From positions 93,744,001 through 93,808,000 of the forward strand of contig NC_043005.1 of NCBI RefSeq assembly GCF_006345805.1: a stretch of 64,000 bases of DNA, given 5' to 3'. Below are positions 12,001 through 27,000 of the stretch, in pieces. Made by a program: the position numbers and the translations under genes. Every line of letters begins with the position of its first letter. Position 1 is the first letter of the stretch. The stretch is from Octopus sinensis. Lineage: Eukaryota. Under the pieces are notes generated by a model. It was given only the letters and a program-made list of their open reading frames with translations. It was not told the origin of the DNA and made no database searches.

Positions 12001-15000
12001 AATATATAACGAATTCAAGAAGTGTTTTAGAAAATTAAGAAGATAAGACAAGCACCTCTGTTGGGGGAGGGGCTGGTTTGAATTACAGACCATCTAACAG
12101 TTTTATTTGCTCAGAACAGCAGTGGTAGTGGTGACAGCAGCTGCTGTTTCAAATATGTTTGTACCATAAGTGTGGGAATGGAATTTGCTTAGTGGGTGCA
12201 GACCCAGTTTTTCAGGAGGGTGTTTAAAGGATTTTCATTGGCCCCAAATATTTTAGGGGTGTGCTTGTACTTTTGGCATACATACGTGTGTGAATGTTGA
12301 CATTTTACTTGTCACTGGGTGAAGTCATGTGAATGTCAACATACTTTGTTGCAATTGTGACCTTTTGCTCTATGCTTCTGAAGATCTGTGCTATTTAAAA
12401 ATCACTTGAATAAAAAAGAAAAAAATGCAGGTGAAAATTGGTGACTGGAAGAGCATCCAACCATAAAATCCTTTCTCAAGATCAAACCCTATCCAAAGGA
12501 TTAAAAAAGAAATGAATTTTAGGAGTAATGGAGAACCAAAATAGCTTTGTCACACTATCTGGTTAGTGTTAATAAATTTGATCTTACAGACCTAGTCTTT
12601 ATAATTAGTGTTTCTCTAAAAATAATTTCTGTTCTTTTTTTTTTCTCTTAGATTGTAAATACGTTGTATGATTTGTCAAGTTTTCCTGAATTGCTTGGTT
12701 CTTTGGGCGTGCTGTCCATTGGTGATAAAAGGGACATCTCCTATCAGGAGTACTACACTGTTATGCTGAATGGTCAGATATTAGGATATATTCATCAAGA
12801 CGAAGCTTACGTTTTGTGCAATAAACTCCGTGCATTGAAGCTGGATCCTTCAAGCAAGGTAAGATGTTAAAGCCTCGGCTGTTTTAAGAATTAAAACTCA
12901 AATTCTTTTTTTTGGTGGTGGGGGGGGGGCATAAATGGCCTTGATAGCACTGTACAGCATCTTGGAGTTGTTGGTGTCAGTGTAGAGTTGCACTTCTTCA
13001 GCTTTCTGCTCCCACCATCTGTCTTTCATGCTGTGAAGCTGTCTAGACTCTGGTTTGACAGTCCCTCTATCTGTTGCACCATGTGGGAAAGAAAATGCTA
13101 AAGATGTCATGCAGTAGGACTGAACCTGAAACCACATGGTCTCATGGTTCAATTCTTAATTACACATTAACGTTTTCACCTGTGTTTCTAACTTTGTTTT
13201 TTACTTTTTCTCAACTAGGTTCCAGTGACATTAGAAATTTGTTTTGTTCCAAAGACAGAAAATGTCAGCTTGTATCCGGGCGTCTATTTATTCTCAGGTG
13301 TTTCACGTTTAGTGCGGCCAGTACTTAATTTAACTTGGAACAAGTTAGAAATGATTGGAACTTTTGAACAGATTTACCTGGATATTGCTGTGAATGCTGA
13401 TAGCATTCATGATGGGGTAAGTGACAAGGAATTTCCCAAGTAATATCTTACGGAATGGAATCTCTTTAGTTTTTATTGTAAACTTCCAAATAGTCACCAT
13501 TGCTTTTCCTTTATATGTATGTGTGTTTTAGTAAATTGTGTATGTGTGTGCATGTGCACATGTGTATATAAAGTGGTCAGCATTAAGGAAGAGCATCTAG
13601 CCATAGAAACCATGCCAAAGCTGACAGCAGAGCTTGGCACTGTCATCTGACTGACCAGTTCCTGTTGGACTGTCCTACCCATGCCAGCATAGGAAACAGA
13701 TGTTAAATGATGATGATGAGTTTCTCAGCCTCAAACAGGTGAACTAATAGTATTGCTATAGGAGCCACGTGTTTCCTCTTTCCCTAGCCACTATGCTATT
13801 GTGTGCATAGAGTATTTCTATTCCATTAGCAACACCACATTGTATCTGTGTCAAGATATTTAACAGTAATAATAATGCAATTCATCTATTTGTGTATAGT
13901 TAATGCAGGGAATGACTATCTCAACACTATAAACAGTAGTGCTTTGTTAGTCTGTAGTGTCTTGTTTCAATTTGTCTTAGTGTTCACCAATGAATTCAAC
14001 CTGTGTTTATAATTTAAACACGGTCAGAGTCTAATCTAGTTTGCCCTAGATACATTACATATTGAGGTTTTATACAGTGTCCATAACCTCTCCAGGCCCT
14101 TCCTAATTTGGTTAGGTCAATGATGTTGATGTCCAGTTTGAATATCTGTATGTTAGCTTGTACTTGAAATAATTGTGCAAGGAGGAACTTAAACAGGGAT
14201 ATTGGTCAGTGTGGGATCTGAGTCATGAAACATAGTAGAGCTTATGAAAAGAGAAGCATGTATTGGACTAGGCTTGTTAAGTCAGAGGAACATTGTACAA
14301 CCATGGCTTCAAATAGAAGAGACAGCATGTTTTTAAGCTTGTGGTTAAGTATTAGGGAATTTGTGCTAATCAACCAATCAAAGATGTTCTTCACAATGTG
14401 GGCTATATTCTTACCACTGTATAGTAAGACTGGTTCATAGATCTTGTCCTGCATTATGAATAATAATACTAATAATAATCTTGTGGAGATGGGTCTCTTA
14501 TTTCAGAAGGTATTGTGAAGAAAAGAGAAAATTGGTTGCAAAATGGAGAGAATTACAGTTCTACAGATTATAGACAACTCATAGCTTCTGTGCATATGTG
14601 TTTGTTGAAAAGACTGATTGCTGTTGAGTAGATCGAATTTGACTGATAGAAATTGTAGAGGTACCAGATTAAATTATTTTGTGGTATTTTGTTGTCCCCA
14701 TGCTTTCTGACTTGCTGCAATTGACTGAGTTTCACTTGCATCACTTGGAACAATGAAATACATTAAAATAGTTTATTAGGAGTTGGTTCAATCAGGTGTT
14801 TACCATATATTCCTATATGACTTTGTGTCAGTCTAACAAATCATTACTGGATTGAAGTACAGTATTTAACTAATGTTTTCTTTACTCTTAGACTTCAAAT
14901 CTGACCAAAGACAAATTTGCCTTTCATCCATTTTTTTAAGGAGAAATAACTCCCAGGCAAGATGTGTTGTCGCTAAAATCATTTCATTTCTGCCATAAAA

Positions 15001-18000
15001 TTTGTGCTTATGTTATAAGATCATTATTATCTCTGCCTTAGTAAAAGCAGAGGTGTTGTTTTCAGTCATGTTTGTTTGTCCATGGACAAGATATCTTAAG
15101 AACCGCTGGATGGATTCTGTTGAAAATTTCGGAGACGTTTGGCCTTGTGACTGGCACGAACTGATTAGATTTTGGGATCGATCTGGTACCGGACAAGGAT
15201 TTGGGATTATTTGTTATATTTACTTTACATGAAGTTTTACAATCTTGTGCTGACTTTCAAGTCTTTCTCTGATTATCTCCCTTGAAAGCATGCTCATGGT
15301 TTCCATGTAAGTTATGGCGGCATTGCTGTTTCAAAGTTTTATGTTTGTTTCTCTGTTATTAATTTTACTTGTCTCTATCTTAGTAGAAACTGATGGATAA
15401 AGAAATCAAACTACATAAACAAACAGCAGCAAAACTGTTTAGAAATTAAATAACACTAACATATTCAGTAACAATAATTGATAAATTTAATTTATCCTCG
15501 ACAATTTTTAGTTTTACCAATTTTGAATATATCGCTCCTATTTAAAACCTCTTACCTACTTGACAATTGTATTTCTAGCTCTGCTTTGAAGGAAGCTTTA
15601 CTTTGTGGACTCAGGTTTTTGTGTGCAATAATGTTGTTAAACCTCCGTTAACAGCACTGTATGCAGGTCCTTTCTGTTTTCTTTCATGTACTGATAAATT
15701 TTTCACTATAGACCTTAATGGTCATAAAGACACTATATCAGTGAATAGACTGAAAAAGGCCTTCATAGAGAAAACTGTCCCTATTCCCAACACACACACG
15801 GCCCGCACACCCACCTTCACAGTCCATGACTATCATTGGGATCAATCAGGTACTAGACAAGGATTCTGGATTGTTTTTCCGATTTTTTAGTTAATTTTTG
15901 AGAGTGGTTGGGTTCATTTTTAGTATTCTCGTTTGTGAGAGCAATCGAGTTTATTTCAGATACTCTCATTTTAAAATTCAAATTCATCTCTGGCTAATTG
16001 TTGAGAGTATGTTGGTGTTGCCTTGGCGGAGGTTTGCGCTCTCTGAGTGCTCTTGTTACTGTTGTTATTATTATTATTTCAAATGATTTACGGTGATGGA
16101 TTGGCAGAATTGTTAAAGCCTCAGAAGAAATGCCTTGTGTTATTTTTCTGAGCTCTACATCCTGAGTTCAAATCCCTTTGAGGTCAATTTTGCCGTTTAT
16201 CACTCTAGTGTTAATAAAATCAAATACCAGTCAAGTTTTAGGTCCATTTAATTGATTAGCCCCTGCCACTAAAACTACTGACCCTGTGCCTAAATTAGAA
16301 ACTATTAAAGCAATAAGCTAACACAATCATTAGAGTATTGGACAAATGCCTTGAGTATTTCTCTTGCATCTTTATATTATGCATTTAATACTCTGGAGCT
16401 GAGTCTGTGAACTGGCTTTTTCCTTTCAAGTTTGTCATTGTATGTCAAAGTGTAAATTTAAAATAATAATAATACTTATAATTTTTCTCTCAATATTTTA
16501 TAGATCACAACTCACATGGAATTAAAAGAACAAAATATCCTCAGCCTTTTAGCCAATCTGATTCCATTCTCCGATTTTAATCAAAGTCCCAGAAATATTT
16601 ATCAGTGTCAGGTAAATATCTGGGGGTTTTTTTTATAACATTTTTGTAACCATATTTGTAACCATAGTACACTCTATTGTATTGCAATTAATTTTTGAAA
16701 AGAGTCAAGAATTTGGAGGAATTTAGTAAATTAACTAAGCTGGCGTTTAGAACACCAAAATGACCTTGCATAAAATTAAGATAATAGGGTTTCAATTTAA
16801 ATATGAATAATTATAATTTCAAGGTTTTGTATCATTGAAGTCAAGTCAGTCTCAAAAGAGTTAAATATTTTTGGTTGTACTGGTGCTTATAATGTCATAT
16901 TTGTTTTTAATGGTTGAACTTAAATTAGATAAAGCTATAGATAATGATTTCAAATTTTGGTGCAAGGCCAGGAATTTTGGAGGTGAGTTATGTTGATTAC
17001 ATCAACCCCAGTACTCAACTGGTAATTATTTTATCAACCCCCAAAAGGATGAAAGGTAAATTCGATCTCAATGGGATCTGAATTAAGAATGTAAAGATAG
17101 ATGAAATAACAGTAAGCATTTTGCCTGGTGTGCTAACGATTCTGCCAGCTCACTGCCTTAGATAAAGTTATAAATAAAAGCATGTAAATATTGGCTTAAA
17201 AAATCCTTAATTGGATTGGAAAAGTTGAAGGCTTCGAAAGGATCAAAGGATTTTTTAACCCAATATACTACATGCTATTATTTATAACTTCACCTTCTTT
17301 GAGTTGAACTATTAAAAACAAATTATTTCATGTTCTCTCAAAGTTTCTAAATTCTTATATATCTTTGTATTTATATATGTTGTTTATATTTCAGATGGGT
17401 AAACAAACAGTTGGGATGACACCCTATGCACTCTCTTTTAGAGCAGACCAAAAGCTATATCGTTTACAGACACCACAGAGTCCAATAGTCCGATGTGAGA
17501 TTTACAATGATTATCAGATGGACAATTACCCTTTGGGGACAAATGTTATAGTTGCTGTCCTTTCATACACGGTAAACTCGTTATCAGTTCTTTGCAATCA
17601 AAGTGTCATATTTTCTTTTATACACAACTACCTCAACTGTATTTGAATTTATTATCATGCTACAGTCCAATTTATGTTGGAAGTATTCATAATATTAAGT
17701 TCATACAACTATTTTGGTTATAGTCCACAACTTTATGCAGTGCTATGTAATGCTTGCTATTCATATTTACTATTGATATTAAACATGCATTTTAGCATCA
17801 ACTAAATTCCCTCTAGTTCTAAATCACCAACATAAGTCAGTGGTCTATTTCTTAGAAAGTTTATTATTTAATTTTGTTTCACAGCTCCATTACACACATA
17901 GTATCCTCTTTGTCAACCCTTGTGAGCTCAACCCTTGTGAGCCCCTGTAAGTGGGTATTACCACCCAGGATCAGTATCATGGGCATACATTGTAGTATTC

Positions 18001-21000
18001 TGAACTCTCTGGTTCTGAATTTGAAATTAGCTGAAACCATCACATTTGGTTAACTCTTTCATATTTTTGTGGTTGAACAACGCTGCCTTTGTTTCAATTA
18101 ATCTGTAGAATAACGAAGAATAATTCTGTAGAATAATCTGTTGAATAATGAAGAATTTAGTAAAAGAACTTTGTCATTATTAGTCTGGTGTTTGAAACAT
18201 AAATTAATATGGAATTCTGATGGAAGGTTTTAATTGAGATCACTTTAAAACAAGACATTTGTATCATAGAATCATGCGCTGTCTTTGGTAGATTGGCATC
18301 AAAAGGTTTGTCTTCCACCAGCCATGGCTTGTTATTAATAAGTATTTGTAAATTACTGATTTGGTAAGTGTTAAGGGTATGAATTGAAGTCTCTTCAAAG
18401 AAATCTTAAATATTGGATACAAATTAATTGATAAATGTGTTTTTTTATTTCCTACAGGGTTATGATATGGAAGATGCCATGATTTTAAATAAAGGTTCAG
18501 TTGAACGAGGATTTTCTCATGGTTGTATTTACAAATCTATAGTAAGTAGAAATATGTAAATGTTTATCTTTTATCTTTTTTATTTGTTTCACTCTTTGGA
18601 CTGTGGCCATGCTGCAGCACTGTCTTGGAAGGTTTTATTTAAATAAATCCACCCCAGTACATATTTCCAAGCTTAGTACTCATTCTGTTGTTGTTCTTGT
18701 GCAAAACGTCTAAGTAATGGGGACATAAACAAACCAACACCTGTTATCAAGCAGTGATGGGGGACAAACACTAACTCACACATATATAAATGACTTCTTT
18801 CAGTTTCTGTCTAACAAATCCACTTACAAGGCTTTGGTTAGCCTAGGGCTTGTCCAAGGTGAAGCCCATCATATGTATTTAGCCTAGGGCTTGTCCAAGG
18901 TGAAGCCCATCATATGTATTTATATACATGTTATTTGTGTGTCGCCTTGTCTAGACATCATGTGATAGTTGTAAATGAGCATCACTATTGTACATGGGAT
19001 GTTGTTTCCAATCTTCTGTAGAAACATACCTGGTCATGGGAAATATTACCTTGTTTGGAAATAGGCGACACGAAGCACATCCAGCTGTAAAAAAAAAAAG
19101 TTCTGACTCAACAAATTCCATCTGACTCATGCAAGCATGAGTTCAATTCTGCTGGCAACAATGATGGCTACTGCTGTTGCTACTACTGCTACTCTATGAT
19201 TTCATGCTAAGACTATGAACTGGCAAGCTACTTTGCCAAATGCTAATTAATTCAAGGTGTAACCCATTTCCTTTAGGTGATTTGATGAACTTTCTGTAAG
19301 TGATGCTTAATCTATTTCGGACCAATTCTCTTCTGATTTTGTTGCCGGCAATTTAAGTAATACCAACTTTGGAAACTGCGAACTGTTTAATGCTATGACG
19401 AGGCTGATGATTCCTCTGAAACTCCTGTGTTATCATCATCATCATCATCGTCGTTTAACGTCCGTTCTCCATGCTAGCATGGGTTGGACGGTTCGACCGG
19501 GGTTCTGGGAAGCCAGAAGGCTGCACCAGGCTCCAGTCTAATTTGGCAATGTTTCTACAGCTGGATGCCCTTCCTAACGCCAACCACTCCGAATTTTATG
19601 TGCCACCAGTGGTTGTAGTGAAGGCATTTTATAACTCATAGAGTGACTGGGCATGCACCACTGAGAGAGGGGGGGGGGCTTAAGTGAGGTGTTAGGTGGA
19701 GTTACAATATGATATGAGGAAAGGATTTAATGTTGTGAGGGGTTTGTAGTGGAGAGAGTAACAGAGGAGGAGGAGTTTTCAGAACACATTCTTCAAAGTA
19801 ACAATACCCAAGAAGGTGAATAGAAGTGAGCTTAGTGGCAGAAGAATCAGGGATCACCATCATTATCATTGTTTAACATTTGTTTTTTGGGTTGCCATGA
19901 GTTGGATGCCAAGCTCCAATGACTACTTTGGTATGGTTTCTACAGCTGGATGCCCTTCCTTGTGTAATGATCCCACATTCTTTTCGTATTTATTTATGTT
20001 TATCTTTCTTTTTCTTTTGAAGAATATTGATTTAAAGAGCAGGGAAATGGAAAACTCAAATTTCATATTCAGTAAGTGAATGAATCTTACTTTATTTTTG
20101 TTAGTAATTTTCATTTTTATATTTATAAATAGAAAGTAAATTTATTAATTAGAAGTGTCCTAATAACATCCTCCTCCTCCTCCTCCATATATTATCCATG
20201 CTGGCATCTGTAAGCAATGAATTTTAAGACTGGACTTTAGCAGGTTTTGAGATTAGTCCAGAAATATAATACAAAAAGCTATTTAAAAGACAGAATGGTA
20301 CAGAGATTTAAAATGCTGTCTGGTAGAGAAGTAGCTCACTAGTAAATTGCTGCTGCCTTTATTTCTTCCTCTTAAGAATGTTTCTCTTTTGCAATATATT
20401 CTTTTATTTGTATTACTGCCAAAACATGAAATTCCATCATTATTTGCTGTTGCTAATGCTTTTAGCAGCTCTCCACCAGTGGTTTGCAACCTGTGGTCTG
20501 CAACGGTAGTACTGGTGGGGGTCTGTGAACATGTTAAGCCAACAGCCCTTCCAATATCCTGGGGTCTGTGGGAAAACTCATTTAAATAAAAGGGGTCCTT
20601 GGTAGTGAAAAGGCTGGGAGTCATTGCTCTACACCATTGCACAATGCAGAAACCTGGACATTGACAAATTATCTGTCTACAAACTGGAAGCATTTGAAAT
20701 GTGAACATCTAGAAGAAAGTTAAGGACATCTTGGACAAAAACATAAAACTAACTAAGAAGTGCTACAATCAGTAAATACAAAAAGTTCATTACTTTCACC
20801 TATTAAGAAAAGGAAATTAAAGTACTTTGGTCAAATAGTAAGAGCACAAGGTATACAAAGACTATTACAGGAAGGAAAGATAAATAGCAAATGCTTAAGA
20901 GGAAGACTGAGAACAAACTTGGTTTGATAACATTATGGCCTTGACTATATTGTTATATGGTGAAAGTGTAAGAATGGCAAAAGAATCAAATGGAGATCTT

Positions 21001-24000
21001 TGATATTCAACCTGCTGAGAGTGGATGATGCCTAATGATAATGATGATGACAGGTGTATATTTGGTGTCAGAAGTTGAATAAATGTTGCAAGGAAGAAGA
21101 GATGTTTAATGTTTCAGGAGATGAAGGTGTTGCTTGATACATTGGGAAAAAAAAAAAAAACAATGGAAAACCATTATTATAATGGTGAAGCAAGGTTGTG
21201 GATTGGTAGAATCCTTGAAACATTGGACAAAATGCCTTGTGGTATTACTTCTGATGCTTTACTTTCTGGGTTCAAATCTTGTCATGGTCAACTTTTCCTT
21301 TCATTACTCAGGGCCAATAAAATAAAGTAGCAGTTAAGTATTGGAGTTGATAATATTGATTTTGCCTCCTCCCCCCACTGCCTCACCACCAAACTATTGG
21401 CCTTTTACCTAAATTAGAAACAATTGTAAGAACAGAGAATAAGGGAGGAGGTTCATGCTCATAGGTCTATTATTAGGAGGAATGACCATAGGATTGCACC
21501 CATGAGAGTTCCCGGCCAAGGCACAAGTCTGGGCAAAGTTGTTTATGGAAGAGCAGCAGTCAGCAATGCATATCAGCCTCCCCATCTCCATGCCACCAAT
21601 GTTATCCAAAAGAAAGGCAAACGCCAATACAGTTCAACACCAATGACGTTGCAATTCATTTCTACATCTGAGCGAACATGAATTAAAGTGGCTTGTGCAA
21701 GAACCAACATAGAGCCTGGTCCGAGAATTGAACTCACTATCTCATGATTGTGAGCCTGAGTTAATGTGCCTCCACTCTGAGAGAATATAAAATTATTAAA
21801 TTCTTATTCTAAATTTTGATGTCCAAGGTTGATTTTTATGACATAATCTCCATTTTCTGTTGTAGATAATATGGATGAGATTCCAGGTTTGGATGCTGAC
21901 GGTCTTCCACCTGTAGGAACACATCTGGAATATAGTTCTCCTTATTACAGGTACGCATTTACCTATTCTGCTTTTTCAGCTTGTGTGTGTCTGTATGTCA
22001 ATGTGCAATAATATCGATATCCCAGGGGCTCTTTGTCACTGCTTAAGTGAAACGATGATTTGATGCTTCTTTTTGACACTATGAGACACTTTACCCCTCA
22101 TCTCATAGCATCAAACGGCCTCCCTCTCTGTTCTATCCTCATTTAGTCAAAGGGAACCTTAATCTTGCAGGCTGCATGATGACCTGCTGGTGCCATGGGA
22201 AAAGCACCTTGTACATGCTGCAGAGAAGCTGACTTTAGGAAGGGGATCCAGTCATAGAAATGCTGCTACGGCAGACATTGGAGCATGGTATAGTCTTTGG
22301 ACCTATTGGATCCTGTCAAACCATCCAACCCATGTCAGCATGGACTTCAAATGATGATGACGACAACGATTCTGCACTATTAAAGACTTGGGGAATAAAA
22401 CCCCACTTACTTGAAAAACAGATAATGGTTGGTGGCAGGATCTGCATCCAATCACTAAATCTTACCTCAAATAAGATCCTATCCAACCCATGCTAGCATG
22501 GTAAAACAGACATTGAACTGACTGTATGATTCTTAACTTGAATATCCTGGCAAGTTCAACTTGGATTTTCATCTCTTTACAACAGAGTACATAACTATAA
22601 AGTATTGTTTCTTGTGTTATAATTATTATTTTTATTTTTTACATTTAGTTACTTCAACCAGGAGACATCGCAACAACATACCGTTTATTACCATGAAAAG
22701 GAAGAGGCATATGTTGACCAAGTAAAAATTTTGGGCAATGACACTGGCACAGGGGAATTAACCAATGTTATCATTGTATTAAGAGTACCGGTACGTATAT
22801 GATCTAAAGTAATATATATGTGTGCATATACAGCAATGAAGTTGTTGACAATGTTGCTAGGGTGATTTGAATGCATATGAGTGTAATGCAAAGATAGTGG
22901 TAGGTAGATCAAGTGTTATGTCCAGGAAGTTGACTTTTTATTGGGCTGTGTTCCACAGATTTAGAAACATAGGTTGCTGAAGAAGCTATGAAGGTTCTTA
23001 TGAAATCTGTCTTTGAGTTGAAGGTTGCAAGGCATAAGGATTCCCTTTGGAACAATAGAAGCTCTCCCACACCCTTTGATGTCAGCATATATGCAAGTGA
23101 TTCAGTAGAGAAGTGACTTATTGGATGATACCTCCTGCATAACATCAAAGGTAGCTTCCATCAAACGAGGTCTATACTATGCTGACAGCCTCCTTGCTAT
23201 CAACAATTGCAAATGTCAACTCAGACAAATTCCCTAAGAATTTTCATAACTTCATCAACAACCCACATTTCTAAATCTCTGTGGAACACAGCCTATTGAA
23301 AGCCAACTTCCTGGATGTAACACTCGATCTATCTAAACTAAATAGATCATTACATCCTTGTTCACTCAAATCACCCATCATCAACCACCTTAGTCCTAAC
23401 ATCTATTGAAGATGTTCCTACCTTTCAACAAACATACAAATCTACAGAAGCTGCACCATGTAGCAAAGTTGAAACAAATAAAATCATTTTTATAGAACCA
23501 ACACTACTAACATATAAAAACAAAACTGAAAAAATAAACATTACTTGGTTCAAATTTCCACACAACACACACACACAATCATTTAACAACCATGTTTCAT
23601 GTTGGTATAAGTATATATATATATGCATTTGGAATGTTCCATTGGATCCTTCCTCATGAAAATTTCTGGCACTGTCCATCCACATTGTTAAATGTGGATG
23701 GACAGTGCCAGATTAGTTTACTTAGGTAAGAGAAGCTATCAACCACTTCTATAAAATCTTCTGAACATTACAAAGAATTGATTTCATTGGTTCTCTGAGG
23801 TCTCACTATTCCCATACATCTATTGTCAGTCAGTCTTTGGCTCTGTTGCCTCCATTGTGCATCCAGAGGTTACACTGTACAAAACTTCTCTCTCCTCCTT
23901 TTGTGCATGTTGGTCACATTCATTTCTTTGATGCCATCAGTATTCTGTCTTCTTTTCGACTTACTAAAACCTTAGTAAATCTTTTGCATTTACTCTGAGG

Positions 24001-27000
24001 CCTTTTGATTCTAGGTTTCAGTCCCACATTTGGAATTTTTTCTCTAAATCTATCACAGACTCTGCTATAAGAACTGGTCATGAGCATTTAGGTACTCCCG
24101 CAGGCAAATGGTCTTAAACTCCACTATTATGGTCTGGAGGACTATAATAAATAAGGGAGCTGTAACTGAGAACTGAAACCTGATGGACACCAACTTGCAC
24201 TCTAAATTCCTCACTGAATTCATTGTCAACCCTCACTCTGCTGACTGTATCTCGGTATATGACACATATTGCTCTCACCATTCTTCAAATTATAGTTTAC
24301 TTAGTGACTACCAGACTATAGATCATGGAGTTTTGTTGATCTTTAGAGCTGGGAAGTTCAGAGACATGACATGTTTCAAATGGCATGGCACTATCTGAGC
24401 AAACCATGATATTGTTGGTGGCATTGCTGTGTGATGAAGTTCACTTCCCAACCTCACAGTTTTGGGATCAGTTCCACTGAGTGGCACCATGGGCATCTTC
24501 TGCTATAGCCTCACGTTAACTAAACTTTTGTGAATGGATTTCCAACTTGTGTATATGTGTGTGTGTCTGTGTGACCGTGTGTTTTTTTGTGTCTCCTTCA
24601 TGTTACATGATAGTTGTAAATGAGTGTTATTGTCATACAGGCTGTCATTTTCATTTCCAATCCTCTGCAAAAACATGTCTGGCCATGGGGAAATATGCTG
24701 CTTCAAAGAAGAATTAAATGTGTCGACAATAAACCTTTTTTTATGAAAAAAACTTCAAAAAATTTTTATTTTTCTTAGAGAAATCCAATTATTGGTGACA
24801 AATTTTCAAGTCGTCATGGACAGAAAGGCATCTGTAGGTAAGGAGTTGTTTTCCATTTTTTTTAAAACCTCATTCATAATGTTTTTGCATTCACTAACCC
24901 ACAAACCTTCAATTTTTTACAATTTCTCTATGCACATATTATTCTTATGACTGTCAACCTGCAGTTATTTGAAAGAAACATTAACCACATCAGTTTACTG
25001 GCATCAGATGACCTGCAAAGGTCCTCTAGACAAATGGAGTAAAAAAAAAATGCATGTGCAATTGACAAAAATTATTTCCTCATGCTAAATGTGAAAAATG
25101 AAGTTGTAAAATACCAAACCAGCTGACATTGTCTGTTTTTAATGTGATCTAAATTAAAATGTTCCATCAAAATTGTTTGTTAATTTATGTTCAAATGCCA
25201 GATTAATTAAGATAAGTTATATTATAAAATTGTCCATTATTTTCAAAATTAAAACAAAGGCAGTTTATTTCAACACAAATATAATAAAAGGATTAAAAAG
25301 TATTTAACAGAATTTCTATTTTTTGCATCTATCCAGTTTACATTTATCCATAAATGGTAGGATTTTAAGATGATAATTCCAGGTCAACTAATAGTGTTTG
25401 ATCTTGTTTCCAGTATACTTTGGCCTTCTGAGGACATGCCCTTCACTGAAAGTGGAATGACTCCAGATATTCTTTTCAATCCTCATGGTTTCCCATCTCG
25501 GATGACAATAGGTAACTCCCACATTTCATTAAAACCTGTTGTTATTTTTTCAAAATATATAAAATCAGGTGTTCTTACTTGGAGTGAGGTGGTGATGGTG
25601 GTGTGGAGTATGGTAACATTTTCTTGAGCTGTTGAAAGCAACAAGATTGGTATGACCTTGTTGGAATATAGTTTTCTAATGCCTTTCATAATTATTTCTA
25701 ATTCTGGTTTAAGGCCTGCAATTCTGAGAGGAGAGCACTTGGTTGGTATTTTATTTTATCAAACCCCGAAAATTGAAAAGCTAGATTAGCACAACCTTCT
25801 TGGAGGGTAGGCCATCCATAACTATTTCTAACATAGGCGCAAGGCCTGAAATTTTAGTGAAAGAGGTTAGTTGATTAAATCAACTCCAGTACTTAACTGG
25901 TACTTATTTTATTGACCCTACAAGGGTGAAAGGCAAAGTTTGACATCAGTGACATTTGATAAGCTCGGAACATATGTGGTGCGTTCCAGAAGTTTTGAGA
26001 CTTTTTTAGGAGGGACAGTTACAACAGTCCTAGATTATTGTAATTCTAGTATACCATTACTATACATCTAGTAAAGTAAATTGCCAAATTTTGTTATTCT
26101 AGATTGAAGGAGATGGCTGTAACAGCACTTTGAACACTTTCTATTAAGCACTGCTTGTTACAGCTAGCTGACTAGCAGAATGCAGTCAAGATCTGAAGAC
26201 AATTTGGAAGCTTATTTATGCCATATTGTTTTGTGTTAAACTGGGCAAGAACCCTGCACAAACTTATGACTTGCTCTCTATACTGCTTATGGATTAACAT
26301 GAAGCAAGCATTTTGTTGGCAGAAGCAGTCAAGCAAAGCATATCCAGCAGGAAGCTCATGATGATCCCGTTTTTTGACAAGGGTATCATTTACATCTCCT
26401 GGGTTCTCACTGGCCAGACACCCAACTAAGAGTGAAGGTTTTGAGGGAGTTCAGGAAGAGATTTCATTGCAAACAGCCAGATCACCTCTACCAGAACAGT
26501 GCACCAGTCCACAGTTATCAACCTGCCTGAAACTGCTCCTAGTTTCATGATACAAACTTGCTGTCTTAACCATTTAGACCCATCTGCATCTGGCCTAAAT
26601 ATTCTACCTGGTTTGTTGTCAAAGCATCTAGATCCAGCCTTTCACACCTACCCTACAATGACGTGAAAATAAACTTCATTGAATCTCAAAGTTATAAGAT
26701 AATCCATGATTAATTCAAAACAGTGTGAATAAATAAACAAGCATTTTATTTGATAGAGTAATCTGGGTGCTAAAGTCTTAACCCTTTTGTTTCCATAAGT
26801 TTTGAATTAAAATCTTCCACCAAGCCTTAGTTACAATTTAATACTAGCTGAATGATAACTAAGTTATTTTACTAAATTCTTTGTTATATTTAAAGTAATT
26901 GAAAGAAACACAGAGCATCTCAACAGAAATATAGTAACAAGAAAGGGTTAAAGTGATCTAGATTTAAAAGCTTCCAACAAAATTTCACATTAATTTATGT

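Noticed and set aside
19277-19295. AG...GTAAG mini-exon as the missing POLR1B exon
   Set aside because: In-frame TGA TGA; the 20023-20071 exon gives the right phase and the IDL motif
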